A DNA stretch of 64,000 nucleotides, from contig OZ024743.1 in the NCBI GenBank assembly GCA_964016885.1, positions 365,862,001 through 365,926,000 of the forward strand, written 5' to 3'. This DNA comes from Eledone cirrhosa. Lineage: Eukaryota. The position numbers and the translations under genes are program-made. Shown in pieces: positions 1 to 16,386 of the stretch; within the stretch, counting starts at the first letter, position 1; every line of letters starts with the position of its first letter. The notes beneath the pieces were generated by a model, which was not told the DNA's origin, searched no databases, and saw only the letters and a list, made by a program, of their open reading frames with translations.

Positions 1-93
1 GCCAGTCTGTTAAAATCAGGCCGATCAGTCACTGTATATTTTAGAAAATATATTTTTTCACTAGCTCTGAAAGATGGCAGGTGAATAGTGAAC

Positions 94-137
94 TGCACTG
101 ATGAAGGGTAATCACCCAGAAACATTAGTGTTTACAT
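94..137 (+). ncRNA. Degenerate minimal type I hammerhead ribozyme motif (Penelope-like remnant)
   Basis: tgca-CTGATGA-A-GGGT-aatc-ACCC-A-GAAA-CA-ttag-TG-TT-taca. Core boxes and stems II and III are present; stem I pairs 3 of 4. Confidence 0.4.
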
Positions 138-240
138 GCCAACACAAGAGCAAGAATAAGGAGGGGGCTCATTCTACTGACATGGCTTAAAAGAGGCTTG
201 TTTGCATAATTGCAAACGAATCGAATATTATTATTAATAG

Positions 241-424
241 TGGATTGGCAGTATCGGTAGAGGGTCGGACGCCATGCTTTCCAGCATAGTTACGTCCCTT
301 TACGATCTGAGTTCAAATCCCGCCGAGGTTGACTTTGTCTTTCATCCTTACGGGGTCGATAAAATAAAGTACCAGTAATACACTGGTAATTGCTGGCCTT
401 GTGCCTAACGTAGAAACAATTATT
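241..424 (+). mobile_element. tRNA-derived SINE with Deu/Nin-like central domain
   Basis: A-box-like TGGCAGTATCGG, B box GTTCAAATCC, core ctttcatccttacggggtcgataaaataaagtacca and ATT-type tail. At least 9 near-full copies in the window. Confidence 0.85.
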
Positions 425-494
425 AATATTCGAAAAACTCATTACATTTATTTTTTTTTTCAGTCATGTAGAGCGATAACTTTTTGTTAGTTAT

Positions 495-1351
495 TCATCA
501 TCATCATCATCATCATCATCACCGTTTTACGTCCGTTCTTCCACGCTAGCATGGGTTAGACGGGTTGTCCTGTTGTGGGCAGTGTCTGGTCGGCTGACCA
601 TGCCTTGCTCATACAGGAACTGATCTGGCTTGATTTCTACAGCTGGATGCCCTTCCTAACACCAACCTCATTTACAGTGAGTGCTGGGTGCTTTTTCGTG
701 GCGCCTACACGTCCACTTTACAGTGTGGGCTGGGTGCTTTTTTGCCGTGGCACCTCCACGACCACCTTGCGGTGGGGGTAGTGGGGGCATATTGTTTATA
801 TGCTTCAGCATGTACCCATGGGAGGTCGGGTACCCTGTATTACTGCGTGACGCCAGAAGTCACGGTCGTGTGTCATTGTCTTTGAGAGGTGTAGTTGGGT
901 AAGGTCGGCTTTTATCACCTCATCCCAAGTCATCTTGGGTCTCCCCACTCCGCGGTTTCCATCAACTTCTAGTGCTCTGCACCTTTTTATGCAGCTGTCA
1001 TCCTTCATACGCATCACATGTCCATACCAGCGTAACCGCCTCTCCTGCACGCAGCATTTGATTCCTCTTATGCTCAGTCTCTCTCTCAATTCCTTTATGC
1101 TTTGTCGTTCACGTATATTACTGTTACACATCCATCGGAGCATGCAGGCTTCGTTTCTCTCTAATCTACGTAAGTCTTCCACCTTCAGCGCCCAGGTCTC
1201 ACTACCATGCAACATCGCTGTTCGGATACACGCATCATATAGTCTGCCTTTCATTCTGAGGGAGAAGCCTTTTGCAGCTAGCAGTGGTAGTAGTTCCCTA
1301 AACTTCTTCCATCCCGTTCTTACCCTAGTTATTGTACTTTCTGAGCACCCA
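495..1351 (-). mobile_element. 5'-truncated RTE-clade LINE (ORF C-terminus, 3' UTR, (GAT)n tail)
   Basis: Translation ...RVRTGWKKFRELLP...LHGSETWAL...RRLRWYGHVMRM...GRPKMTW, typical of RTE C-termini. (CAT)n at 495-520 is the tail. Confidence 0.85.
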
Positions 1352-1439
1352 TTAGTACCAGTAATGCACTGGGTAATTGCTGGCCTTGTGCCTAAAGTAG
1401 AAACAATTATATATATATATAATAATGGGTGCTCAGAAA

Positions 1440-1481
<42 letters not shown>

Positions 1482-1575
1482 TGTCAATTATATTAACCCC
1501 CGTAAAACTGTTATACTCTGCTATGTATTGAGTACCTTACTTACTGTGGTTACCTCCGATTCAACCCGGAATAAC

Positions 1576-1708
<133 letters not shown>

Positions 1709-3239
1709 AACCACAAAAAGTAAATAAATATAACAATGGTGACAATATCAAAATTATTATTTCATGTTCTGAGTTCGAATCCCACCTGTTATTCACTTTA
1801 ACTTTCATCGTCATAGGCTTGGGAAATATTTGTACCCAATAAAATTGATAACTGTTTCTAAAATAGGCTAAAAGCCAAACATTTTGATAGCAAGCATATG
1901 TCAATTATATTAACCCCCGTAATTGACTTGTACTCATTTTATTGTATCTGGAAAGTTGATATGTAAGGTCCATTTCAATAGGATTTGAACTCCGGTTGTA
2001 AAGAGCCATAACTAAACATTGTCCGATGCTCTAACGATGCTAGAAATATTACTATTTGAAATTACCAGCTAACAATCCACCACTTATAAACTGTAAATCA
2101 TCAAATGTTTGCAAAACGTAAACACTTCTAACAAAAACCATTAAATCATCCATCAAACTAACTCAGAGATAATATGTTGACTAAGTTGTCATGTTGCCAT
2201 TAGAAGAGTATTTTGGACCTCTTTGGAAGTAATATGATTCTGGCATTATGATGATCTGGTTGTATTTAGAGGACATCTAAGAGGTTAAGCAGGAGTGAGA
2301 AGTAATATTATCTACGTAGGTGTGAATGAGATTAGAAGTAAGAGAGGTAAATTCATTCACATACAGAGAGAAGAGTGTGGAAGATATAACCGAACATTAC
2401 GATACAAAAAGTCAAGGAGTAAGTTCGATGCAAGAAAAGCAGCCCCTGATACTCGCTATGATGGAGCAGATTGACAACACACCTTTTGTCCAAAAGGGCA
2501 GAAACGCATGTAGACCATAATTTTTTTAATAGTTTTGTACCGTCAAAATTAATTCAGCATTGTTCTTGCTGAAGTTTTGTATGTTTTTGTGCTCGATAAT
2601 AAAAACATAATAATTTTAATTACGAAAGCAGTGGCTGATTTTACTTTCGTCAACAAATACCAGAAATATACTGGAGTTGACGATAACACTGAGGGCCTTC
2701 CTCTGATTTTGCCACTATTAACATTATTGTTATTACTTAAGCGATTAAACCCTCGATTTGTGGCGTTTTGCATTCGTTTTAAGTCGTATTTTAACATTCT
2801 ATAGAGGTCTATAAGAGACACGATGATTTGTACCACGAGACATTCCGCCCAGGAACTATAGCTAATTTCTTGAAATCCTCAATCAGGCAATGCGACTGTG
2901 AAGGAGGAGAATTATTGTTTTCAGACAAAATTCATAGAACCAGAAATGCCGTCGGCTGGGCCTGTCTTTGGTGAATGCAAAGCATTCTGCATGCATTCAT
3001 TCAGTATCAAAATAACTGTTGTTTTATGTTTGTGTGTATTGATTGGCCGAGAAGAGCAGGTAGCTTTCCTCAGTTAGCTCTGGCGAACAGTTGCGTTTAT
3101 TGGAAAGACTAAAAACCCTGAGTACAAATCATTTCGTCTTTGGTCAAGGCTTGCATCAAGTGTAACCCTAATATATCCATGTAATGAGCCCTTATCCTTT
3201 GCAACTGGCACAAACATACTATATCATTATTTGACAGAA

Positions 3240-3763
3240 GTTCATCCTTACGGGTTCGATAAAATAAAGTACCAGTAATACACTGAGATAATTGCTGGCC
3301 TTGTGCCAAAAGTAGAAACAATTATTTGACAGAATCGTTAGAGCCTCGAACAACATGCTTTGCAGCATAGAGTTACAGCCCCTTACGGTCTCAGTTCAAA
3401 TCCTGCCAAGGTTATTATTGCCTTTCATCCTTACGAGGGCGATAAAATAATGTACCAGTAATGCACTGGAGTCGATTTAATCGACTTTCCCTTTCCCCCA
3501 TAGTTGTTGGTCTTGTGACTAAACCAGGAACCAGCGGTGGATTGGCAGTATCGGTAGAGCGTCAGACCATGCTTTGCAGTATAGAGTTATGGCCCTTTAC
3601 GTTCTGAGTTCAAATCCCGCCGAGGTTAACTTTGCCTTTCATCCTTACGGGGTCGATAAAATAAAGTACCAGTAATGTACTGGGTCGGTTTATCGACTAT
3701 CCCCTCCCCCCAAAAATTGATGGCCTTGTGCCTAAAGTAGAAACAATTATTATTATTATTATT
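3240..3763 (+). mobile_element. Cluster of three tandem tRNA-SINE copies or fragments
   Basis: Repeated GTTCAAATCC and ggggtcgataaaataaagtacca motifs matching 241-424. Confidence 0.8.
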
Positions 3764-4189
3764 AGTAGTAGTAGTAGTAGGAGGAGGAGGAGGAGGAGGA
3801 GGGGGATTAGTAGTAGTAGTAGTAGTAGTTGGTGTTGTTGTTGATGTTGTTGCTGTTGTTGTTGTGGTCGTTGTCGTAGTAATATTCCCATAAATTCAGT
3901 TTTTCTATTCCCTTCACTGGTTGTGTCGTCATTTGGAGATGGTTGTTATTGTTGTTGCTGTTATTATTACTATTATGATTATTATAGCTTCAGTATGGAG
4001 TTTTACTTGTTTTTACGTTTCCCTCCACAGAAACCATTGTTAACCAGCAATGCGTGAAGTAAAGCTATATTCGTATACATAAGTCTCAGTTTCTTTCTGT
4101 CTAACAATAGGGTGTCTATTCTATCTATATACTATTCTTTCTACATACACACGAAAACACACATTCACACACAGACGCACTCATACACA

Positions 4190-4394
4190 CATACGCATAC
4201 ATACATACATACATACATACATACATACATACATACATACATACATACATACATACGTACGTATACATACATACATACATACATATATACATACATACAT
4301 ACATACATACATACATACATACATACATACATACATACATACATACATACATACATACATACGTACGTACCTACGTATATACATACATACGTAC
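4190..4394. repeat. (TACA)n microsatellite
   Basis: Visible tetranucleotide repeat. Confidence 0.95.
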
Positions 4395-4807
4395 ATGGTG
4401 GCTGCCAACTCGTTTTCGAGTACGGCCACTACTTTATATCCATGTAGGAGAACCCCTACCGATGCGCTGAACGAGTGTGACTTTTTAGGCCAGCCAGCAA
4501 CTTGAAAACTCTGGTACAAACACTACACTTGTGACAATTATTGACACATAGTGCTGGGCCCATGGTACCCTGTGATGACAAGTACAGAGAGATCTCCAGA
4601 TATAAAGCAATGCCTGTGCCGTGAAGCTTTTATAGTGAGCAAAGGCACTGCACAAAGCCAGTCCCACTCTCTTAACCAAGATGATATTTACCAAAAAGAA
4701 GAACAAGTCAACATCATTGGATAGCATCAGGGTTGCAAGTGTTATATCAGAGTTTTCCTTCTCCTAGAATTCTGCCTTGACAAAAGCTAAGGGGTCATCT
4801 CTCCCGG
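4395..4807 (-). mobile_element. Truncated copy of the 609-bp microsatellite-embedded non-autonomous element
   Basis: Near-identical to the first ~410 bp of 7806-8414. Strand is inferred. Confidence 0.8.
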
Positions 4808-4809
4808 AA

Positions 4810-7688
<2,879 letters not shown>

Positions 7689-7791
7689 ATGGTGGCTGCC
7701 AAGAGCTCCTTTGTCCTTTGACAGGTTTTGTTTTTAGTCCTGCAGGATGTCCAAAGTCACCCTTCTCACCAAGAAACCTTGGTGGGGTTGC
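7689..7791 (-). mobile_element. Internally deleted copy of the 609-bp element
   Basis: atggtggctgccaa is joined directly to gagctcctttg...ggtggggttgc. Confidence 0.75.
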
Positions 7792-7805
7792 ACATACATA
7801 CATAC

Positions 7806-8414
7806 ATGGTGGCTGCCAACTCGTTTTCGAGTACGGCCACTACTTTATATCCATGTAGGAGAACCCCTACCGATGCGCTGAACGAGTGTGACTTTTTAGT
7901 CCAGCCAGCGACTTGAAAACTCTGGTACAAACACTACACTTGTGACAATTATTGACACATAGTGCTTTTCCTTTGGTACCATGTGACGACAAGTGCAGAG
8001 AGATCTCCAGATATAAAGCAATGCCTGTGCCGTGAAGCTTTTATAGTGAGCAAAGGCACTGCACAAAGCCAGTCCCACTCTCTTAACCAAGATGATGTTT
8101 ACCAAAAAGAAGAACAAGTCAACATCATTGGATACCATCAGGGCTGCAGGTGTTATATCAGAGTTTTCCTTCTCCTAGAATTCTGCCTTGACAAAGGCTA
8201 AGGGGTCATCTCTCCCGGTGATTTTGGATGGCCATTGACTCTTAAGAGCTCCTTTGCCCTTTGACAGGTTTTGTTTTTAGTCCTGCAGGATGTCCAAAGT
8301 CACCCTCCTCACCAAGAAACCTTGGTGGGGTTGCCAGTTTAGTCGCCAACGACCCGACCATGAGACAGGTTGTACTGGGATACATGTTACCAGTAACACC
8401 AACTGGTGACCTGA
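7806..8414 (-). mobile_element. Full-length 609-bp non-autonomous element with RTE-like 5' UTR motif (SINE-like)
   Basis: Same ends and length as 54953-55561. The minus strand carries ggcgactaaa and ctaggagaaggaaaactctga, which resemble RTE 5' UTR motifs. Terminal hairpin, no coding ORF, flanked by (TACA)n. Confidence 0.75.
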
Positions 8415-8448
8415 CATACATACATACATACATACATACATACATACA

Positions 8449-8478
<30 letters not shown>

Positions 8479-8479
<1 letters not shown>

Positions 8480-11400
8480 GGCGACCGTTGTGGTCAGTGT
8501 CCGATAATCGGACGTGTGTAATTACGGCTTACATGAAGGCAACATACCATATATTGGAAAAAGTTGAGCTACATTACGCGGTAAGATTACATACAATAAT
8601 TCTACATAAGTGTTTGAACTGTAAGTGTGTTGTAAAACACCTATTTATATGAACGATACATACACTTATGATATATGAAAGATACATATACTTTAACATA
8701 TAAATGCAACGTTGTTATATTACATTTATAAAGAAATATAAAAGTAACGTTTTCGATTCAGAAACAAAAATATAAGTGTTTGAACTGTGAATGTTGTGAA
8801 TATGTTGTAGAACACCTATTTATATGAATGATACATAAACTTTAACATATAAATACAGCGTTGTTATATTATATTACATTCGTAAAGGAATATACTAAGT
8901 AACGGTTCTTTTTGTTCTCGATTCAAACGATTCAAGAACAACGTTTAAAACACAGTTGTAGAATTAAAAACTAACTGAAAAGAAATATTACCCAAGCTGT
9001 GAATAACTTTAAATTTGATTCTGACAGAACTTTGTCGTAACTTTTAAAGAAGATCATCGACTATTTAAAAAAAATAAATACAAAATATTAGTGAATAGAC
9101 GAACTCATCATGGCAAAAAGTACAAGTCTCCTTCGACCAAATCGCAATTACAACCGTTGTATACAGTGGAGCTACGAGCTTAACAAAGAATTATATGAAC
9201 CATACAAACAATCTGAACCCCAAAAGTTCGGTTTTATGCAAAGGCTAAAAAATTATGGAACTCCAAACACCCAGAATTAGACTTTTCTCCAAAGCATCTA
9301 AATGAACAGGCAAAACGTATCATTAGATGTAAATTGATACATCTAACGGAATCGAGTGATACTACAAATACAGCCCTTGTAGACAACCACCCCACCTCCA
9401 CTGACAGACAAAGAGAATGGCCAGCTAAATCTAACAGTGAACAGCTCACCAACAATTTTGCTGAAATCCATCCCACTTCCACTGAAGAACAGCGAGAAAG
9501 GTCAGCTGACTCTAGTAGTAATTGTCACCACATCAACAACGAGGCTGCAATTCATGACTCTACTGAACAAACAGAGCACCAAAAACTTGTGGGCACCCTA
9601 CAAGTGATATGGAACGATATGTTTCAAGAGATACACAGCCTTAATGTGAGTGACAGACCATACAACACTAGAGTCAGTAAAGAACCCACTAAATTGGAAT
9701 TGGAAGCGGTGAACGAAATAGCTGGCAATTATCTGAAGGCTATACGATCTAAAGGTGTAGAAACGACATTTGAAACGCTCAATGTTTTGTTATATGTTTC
9801 AGCTGTCACATTGCTATCATATAACACACATCTAAAACCACGCAATCAAGATACAAACAGAAAGCCTGAACCAGAGTGGATGCGAAATTTAAAAACCAAA
9901 ATTTTGTCCCTGAGACGAAGTATCTCACACATCGCAGTCGTTATGAAATGCAACATAGAGAGAAACTTCACACGACACCAGGAAGACCTAAAGAAAAAGT
10001 TAGAGAGACGATTTGGAGATACCAAATTTAAAACTTTGAACTCCAAATTACACCAGTTGAAACAACAACTCACAGCTACAACAGAAAGACTAAAATATAA
10101 GTCAACAGCCCATAAACGACAAGTGCTAAATAGATTGTTTGCCAGAGATCCTAAATCAGTTTGTCGCAGCTTCGGTGGCAAAAGCTGAATCCCTGTAAAC
10201 GACACCCCTTCAAAAGAACAGGTTGAGAACTACTGGAGATCTGTATGGGAAACGGATGACGGATTCAACAGACAAGCTAATTGGCTAAAACAACTGGAAC
10301 AGGACTACTGCCAACATGTCCAGACAAAACAATATGACATAGATGGGTCAATACTGGAAACAGCTCTACAGAAAATGTCGAATAGGAAATCGCCAGGCCC
10401 AGACCTCATTACAGGATACTGGTTGAAGAATTTCACTTTCTATCGGCAAGATCTCATACGGCTGTTTACAGAAACCATTAAGGGCACACGAGAACTGCCC
10501 AGATGGTTATCAACTGCCACTACTCTCCTCATTCCCAAAAATAGCCAAACCACCCTTGCTAAAAATTACCGCCCAATTGCCTGCCAAAACATCATGTATA
10601 AATTATATACTGGGTGCCTTAACCTGTTCTTACAGGATCACTGTGCTACCAACAACATCATAACACCTGAGCAAGCTGGTGGAAAGAGGGAGGTGTGGGG
10701 TTGCATAGATCACCTACTAACTAACAAAATGATTCAGGAAAAAACAACAAAGAATCGCAGAAACATGACTGTCGTGTGGCTGGACTATCAAAAAGCATTT
10801 GATAGTGTACCTCATGGGTGGATTATTAAGGCTTTACAGTTAGCTAAAGTCCCACAACCATTAGTAGCTGCTGTTGAACGCCTGACCAAGAACTGGTACA
10901 CCAATTTGATCCTTAGAGGTGAGAAGGAGCAGGTTAAGACTGATAGGATACATTACCAGAAGGGCATCTTTCAGGGTGATAGCTTGTCAGTACTACTCTT
11001 CGTTCTCTCACTGAATCCACTATCTTACCTACTCAGGAAACAAGGTGGACAAAGAAGTGGGCCCAGAAGTATCTCCCATCTTTTCTTTGTTGATGACCTG
11101 AAGTTGTATGGGCCAAATATCAATGACATCAAGAAATAATTGGACCTCATTACACAATTTTCAACCGACATCAAAATGAAATTTGGTGAGTCCAAGTGTG
11201 CATATTTGGCAGTAAAACGTGGAAGAGCTATGCCCTCCTCTAGAAATCTAGATATGAACGGCCTGACAATACAACCTCTGCAGTCAGGTGACAACTACAG
11301 ATATCTTGGACAGGATGAGAATGTCAGATATGATGGACCCATAAATAAGGAGAGAACTGAATACCTCAGAAGAGTAAAAAAAATATGGTCATCAGAACTG

Positions 11401-12692
11401 TCAGCATACAACAAATACATTGCCCACAATACCTATGCTGTGCCAATTCTAACGCCAACATTTGGCCTACTGAACTGGTCATTGCAAGAACTAAGTGAGA
11501 TGGATGTTAGAACTCGAAAACTTCTCAGTGTTACTGGCAACTTTAACATCAATGGTGATGTGGATAGGCTATACTTCTCACGCAAGGAAGGTGGCCGGGG
11601 TCTAAAATCAATATTAACAACATATGAGACCCGGATAGTAACACTGAAGCAACACCTTCAACAGAGGAAAAAGGTTGGCGACCATCTTGCTCAGGTTTAT
11701 GAGCATGAAAAAAGAAATATCATTAGAATAGCGACTGATCTGGAGGAGAGATATGGAATAAAGCCTGATATAAATCTCTCACCCAGAGAAATCGGAAGAT
11801 CCTATTCAATGTTCAAACAAGAAAAAAAAATTGACCAATTTACAGAGAAAGTTGTGCATGGATACTTGAGGCGTAAAACACAGACCATAGAGGGGATAAA
11901 CCACTCAAAAAGCCTGGCATGGAGTTCCGACAAGTTTATGACATCACACCTTGAGGGATATCTCTATGCAATACAGGAACAAGAACTCCCTACCAAATAT
12001 CTGCTGCACAAAAGAGGAGGGCCAGCAGCTGACAATAAATGTAGGCTATGTAAAACAAAGATCGAGGATGTAAGCCACATTGTTGCCAGCTGCGAAAGAA
12101 TGTCATCTCGCTACTACCTCCCCATGAGACACGATGGGATAGCTAGAACTATCTGGAACGCACTTCGGAAAACAAAATTAACAACAAACGAGGAAGAATA
12201 TATTGAGACAGATGGCACTAAGGAATACTGGTGGAACCTGAAAATAAAAACTGCCACCAAATTAAAGCACAACCGGCCTGATATTGTAGTTTGGGACCAC
12301 ACATTGAAAACGTGTTCTGTTGTGGAGATCAGCTGCCCACTTGATGTAAACGTTGTCAGAAAAATACAGGAGAAGGAGGACATCTACGGACCATTGATGA
12401 GGAGCTTACAAATCCAGTATCCAAGATACACCTTTAGCTTCATACCCATCATTATTGGTGCTACGGGTTATATACCAACCCGCTTGGACCAAAGTATGAC
12501 CGAACTTGGATTTTCGGACAAAAAGCGCAGCTCCCTAATTCATAGTCTACAAATGGCTGCGATAGCTGGCACCTTCAAAATATGCAAAACATTCTTGCGA
12601 TTCAAGGGATGACAATTTCTTTTCTTTTACAACCTTGCCACCAGGAAGGTGGCCGGTCAAAAAAATATACTCGAAATTAAGAGAAAAAGAAA
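8479..12692 (+). mobile_element. R4/Dong-like RLE non-LTR retrotransposon, full length, inserted in (TACA)n
   Basis: (CATA)n on both sides, single ORF, 80-bp 3' UTR. The 5' UTR has a ~165-bp diverged tandem duplication (about 8606-8925). Confidence 0.85.
9110..12612 (+). pseudogene. Disrupted RT-RLE ORF of the TACA-associated Dong-like element
   Basis: KSPGPD, NYRPIAC, WLDYQKAFDSVPH, GIFQGDSLS, HLFFVDDLKL, CRLC..H...C, RHD, RPDIVV..VEISC. Frameshift near 9250 and in-frame stops at 10186-10188 and 11137-11139. Confidence 0.9.
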
Positions 12693-13117
12693 ACATACAT
12701 ACATACATACATACATACGTAGTACATACATACATACATGCATACATACATACATACATGCATACATACATACATACATACATACGTACATACGTACATA
12801 CATACATACTTACATACTTACATACTTACTTACATATAAACAAACACGTATATATGCATAGAGTGATAGGTAAGTTTACATATGAAAAAGGAGAAAAGAA
12901 ATTGTATAACGCTTGTGACGTAAGTACTTTTGGAAAATTACTTATATAATGGCCAGTTTGTTTATAGACACTAAACCAAATGATTATATACAACATACTG
13001 CTGTACGCTCATCCTTAGTCATTCACAATAGAGAGAAGTAACAAATGCTTACACACATATATATAAGCACGCTCATAGATGTGTATGTATGTATGTATGT
13101 ATGTATGTATGTATGTA

Positions 13118-13203
13118 TGTTTTCTCTTTCTCTTAATTTCGAGTATATTTTTTTGACCGGCCACCTTCCTGGTGGCAAGGTTGTAAAAGAAAAGAAATTG
13201 TCA
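13118..13203 (-). mobile_element. Solo 3' UTR of the TACA-associated Dong-like element
   Basis: Reverse complement of 12610-12692 (one substitution seen), embedded in (TATG)n. Confidence 0.9.
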
Positions 13204-13675
13204 TGTATGTATGTATGTATGTATGTATGTATGTATGTATGTATGTATGTATGTATGTATGTATGTGTGTGTGTGTGTGTCAGTGTGTATGTATATATTA
13301 TGTATGTATGTGTATCTATGTATATATTATGTATGTATGTGTATCTATGTATATATTATGTATGTATGTATATATGTATGTATATATGTATGTATATATC
13401 TACGTACGTGTTTTCAAAAAGCAGTTCAGCAAATTGAAGTCACCAAGTTTTATGAGGCAGCGGCCACGACTTCGGGTTAAGCAGAGAAAGGCCACCAGGA
13501 CTGGTTTACTGCAAATGAACCACTGGTGGAAAGCGTTCTAAGGGAAAAGAAAACATGTCTCGATAAGTTCTTGTCATGCTCGAAGAAAGATGCAAAAAAA
13601 TCTCGCCCTCAGAAGGCTTTCAAAGCGTTCACCAACACTGATGTTGGCATATATATATATGTGTATGTGTGTGTG

Positions 13676-14050
13676 TTGAAATTTCGTATTTCTAAAGATA
13701 TACAGTATGTTTATGGATAAACATTTAGAAAGCTGTAGCTATGCAAAACAGCGGGGCTATCACCCTATGGTGGTTCCCAGCAGAAGCAAGGGGGACAATC
13801 GTCTATACATTTCGAACCTAACCAGGACGATCCCTCCCACACTTGCGACTGCTGGACTTGAAACAGGCGAGAATATATGGTTTTCTCGTCTGTGTAAATG
13901 AGGTGATTAATCTCATTTGCATATGAAGCTGCGTAAGTTGGCCGAACTTGGTTCTGCTGGGCACCACCAGGGGGCGATAGTCCCGGTGTTTTGCATAGCT
14001 ACGGTTTTCTAAATGTTTATCCATAAACATACCGAAATATGGAATTTCAA
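13676..14050. mobile_element. MITE-like element with ~110-bp imperfect terminal inverted repeats
   Basis: ttgaaatttcgtatttc...atgtttatggataaacatttagaaa...cccagcagaa mirrors ttctgctggg...tttctaaatgtttatccataaacat...gaaatatggaatttcaa. Confidence 0.65.
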
Positions 14051-14126
14051 TACATATCTGTATACAGCTATGCATGAAGCTAATTCCTAATTCTCCCTCT
14101 CTCTCTATATATATATATATATATTT

Positions 14127-14252
<126 letters not shown>

Positions 14253-14314
14253 AAGTTAAATAAAAGTCAAATGATTAAAATTTAGCTTCGTTTATTACTG
14301 CTATATATATTTCA

Positions 14315-15400
14315 GTGACAGCCATCTTTGGCTGTGACCTCTTCAGGCGCTTTGCTGCGAACACAAAAGTATTTACATCAATCATAAGAGACCTCTTGTA
14401 TGCAGATGCTTGCGATCTTGTAGCGCACACAGAGAGTGATATGCAGCACGTGTTGGTATACAACCAACATAAACTCAAAATCTCTCTCTCTATATATATA
14501 TATATGCGTGCGTGTGTGTGTGTTATCGAACAGCAGGAAGGCTCTTTAACATCCGACGATTACCTGCTGCATCATAAACATTTATTGCACTGATACGTGA
14601 TTTTTATGCAGACGATTGCGTTCTTGTTAACCACATGGGAGAAGAACTTTAACTTCTGATGGATTGCTTCTTGGTAGAGTGTGGTGAGTTTGGTTGAAAA
14701 TCAGCCTGAAAAAGTGAGTGGTGATGTACCAGCATGCACTCGGAAAGCTATATATTTTACCATCTATATCTGTCAAAGGGAAAATACTGAAGGTTGTGGA
14801 TAAGTTCGACTACCTGGGTAGTACTCTCTCCTGCACCAGCACCCTTGATTAAGAGGAATGCGACCGGCTGTCTAAAGCTTCAGGTGTTTTTGATAAGCTG
14901 GAGAAGCGCCTGTGGCTATAGCCAGATATCTGTGTACGCACGAAAGCTGAAATGTATGAAGCATGTGTGCTTACAGCCTTGCTTTGTGGATGCCAGACAT
15001 GGACAACATATTGTATGTATATCCAGTACCTTGAACTTTTCAACCATCAATGCTTGCGTTCCATCCTTAAGATCTCATGAAGGGCTCATACATCAGTTAC
15101 TGATGTGCAGCACCGGGCTTGTCTGCCAAGCATCGAGGCCATGATCATGAAGCAGTGTATCCGGTGGTCAGGTCACATAGTACGCTTAGAGGACAGCAGA
15201 TTCCCAAAACAAGTATTTTAGTGCAAGCCCCACAAACACTTTAAAGACTATCTGAAAAACACCCGGTAGATGGTCAACTTCAACACCAAAACATGGGAAA
15301 ATCTTGCAACACTCAGAACCCAATGGCAAAATTTGATTGCTACTGGTGTTAAAATATTTGAAATGAAGCAGAGACCCTATGGTAAAGTTAAGTGAGCAGC
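14315..15400 (+). pseudogene. Highly decayed RTE-clade RT fragment(s)
   Basis: IRDLLYADACDLVAH, a second YADD-like motif near 14605, LKVVDKFDYLGSTLS, RWSGHIVRLEDSRFPKQV; many frameshifts. Confidence 0.75.
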
Positions 15401-15796
15401 TAAATATATGGGGGTTGTTAATCCACTCACAGAACTAGGTTCGAAAGAGACTTACGTGTGAGATATACGGACGTGTATGTATGTCAAAAGCTGAGCTATT
15501 AAGCTATAGCAGACGTCATACTGATAGAAATAAAATATTTAAATACCTTATACACTTTAATTCTGCATTCGGAATCTCTACCAAAATGTGTCACTGCAGA
15601 TGAGCTAACACGGCAACACAAAGTATTACCCGCAAACCAAATTGCACACTGTGTAAGTCACTTCCTAGTTTGATGAGCCTTATAAGACAGCATCAAAGAC
15701 AACAACATCAATAACACGTTTTTGTCAATGTCTTTTTTTTTTTTTTTTTTTTATCTTCCAAGAAGTGGTCGTACATGGACACGAGTTGCCCTCCAT

Positions 15797-15973
15797 TTGG
15801 CAGTATCGGTAGAGGGTTGGATTATGCTTTCCAGCATAGTTACGTCCCTTTACGATCTGAGTTCAATTCCCGCCGAGGTTAACTTTGCCTTTCATCCTTA
15901 CGGGGTCGATAAAAGAAAGTACCAGTAATACACTGGGTAATTGCTGGCCTTGTGCCAAAAGTAGAAACAATTA
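15797..15973 (+). mobile_element. tRNA-derived SINE
   Basis: Matches 241-424. Confidence 0.85.
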
Positions 15974-16386
15974 TGTATGTATGTATTATGTATACATTGT
16001 GTGGGAACATGGAAAACCTAGGTTTGGTGCCCGATCGCGTGGTTACCCACCGGTAGTGATAGACCCCTAGTTCTTGTTAGGACATCATTCTAGAAGCGAA
16101 ACCCTGATGTAAAGTCCGTGGTTCGGTAGCAGCCAAAGATGTTGACCTGTTCTTCGTTTTTGATATCTGTCACCGTTGAACAGAGAGTAGGATTGGTCCA
16201 GTGAAAAGCCTTTCTTCACTTAAAAAGCTTGAAGCAAAGTCAGAGGTGCGTTGTTAAAAAGTTCTGTGTTCCGATCTGTCGCGCACTACTTTGGAAACAT
16301 GCTATCTACAATATCCTCAGGTCGACCAATACTTTATGAGTGGGAATTGGTAGGCGGAAACTGCAGAAGCCCGTCGTATATATATA

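Noticed and set aside
241-424. tRNA genes at A/B-box sites
   Set aside because: No cloverleaf, extended box spacing and a SINE body.
2540-3110. Possible pogo-like transposase C-terminal remnant (GRPSVLSSTP)
   Set aside because: A single short motif is insufficient.
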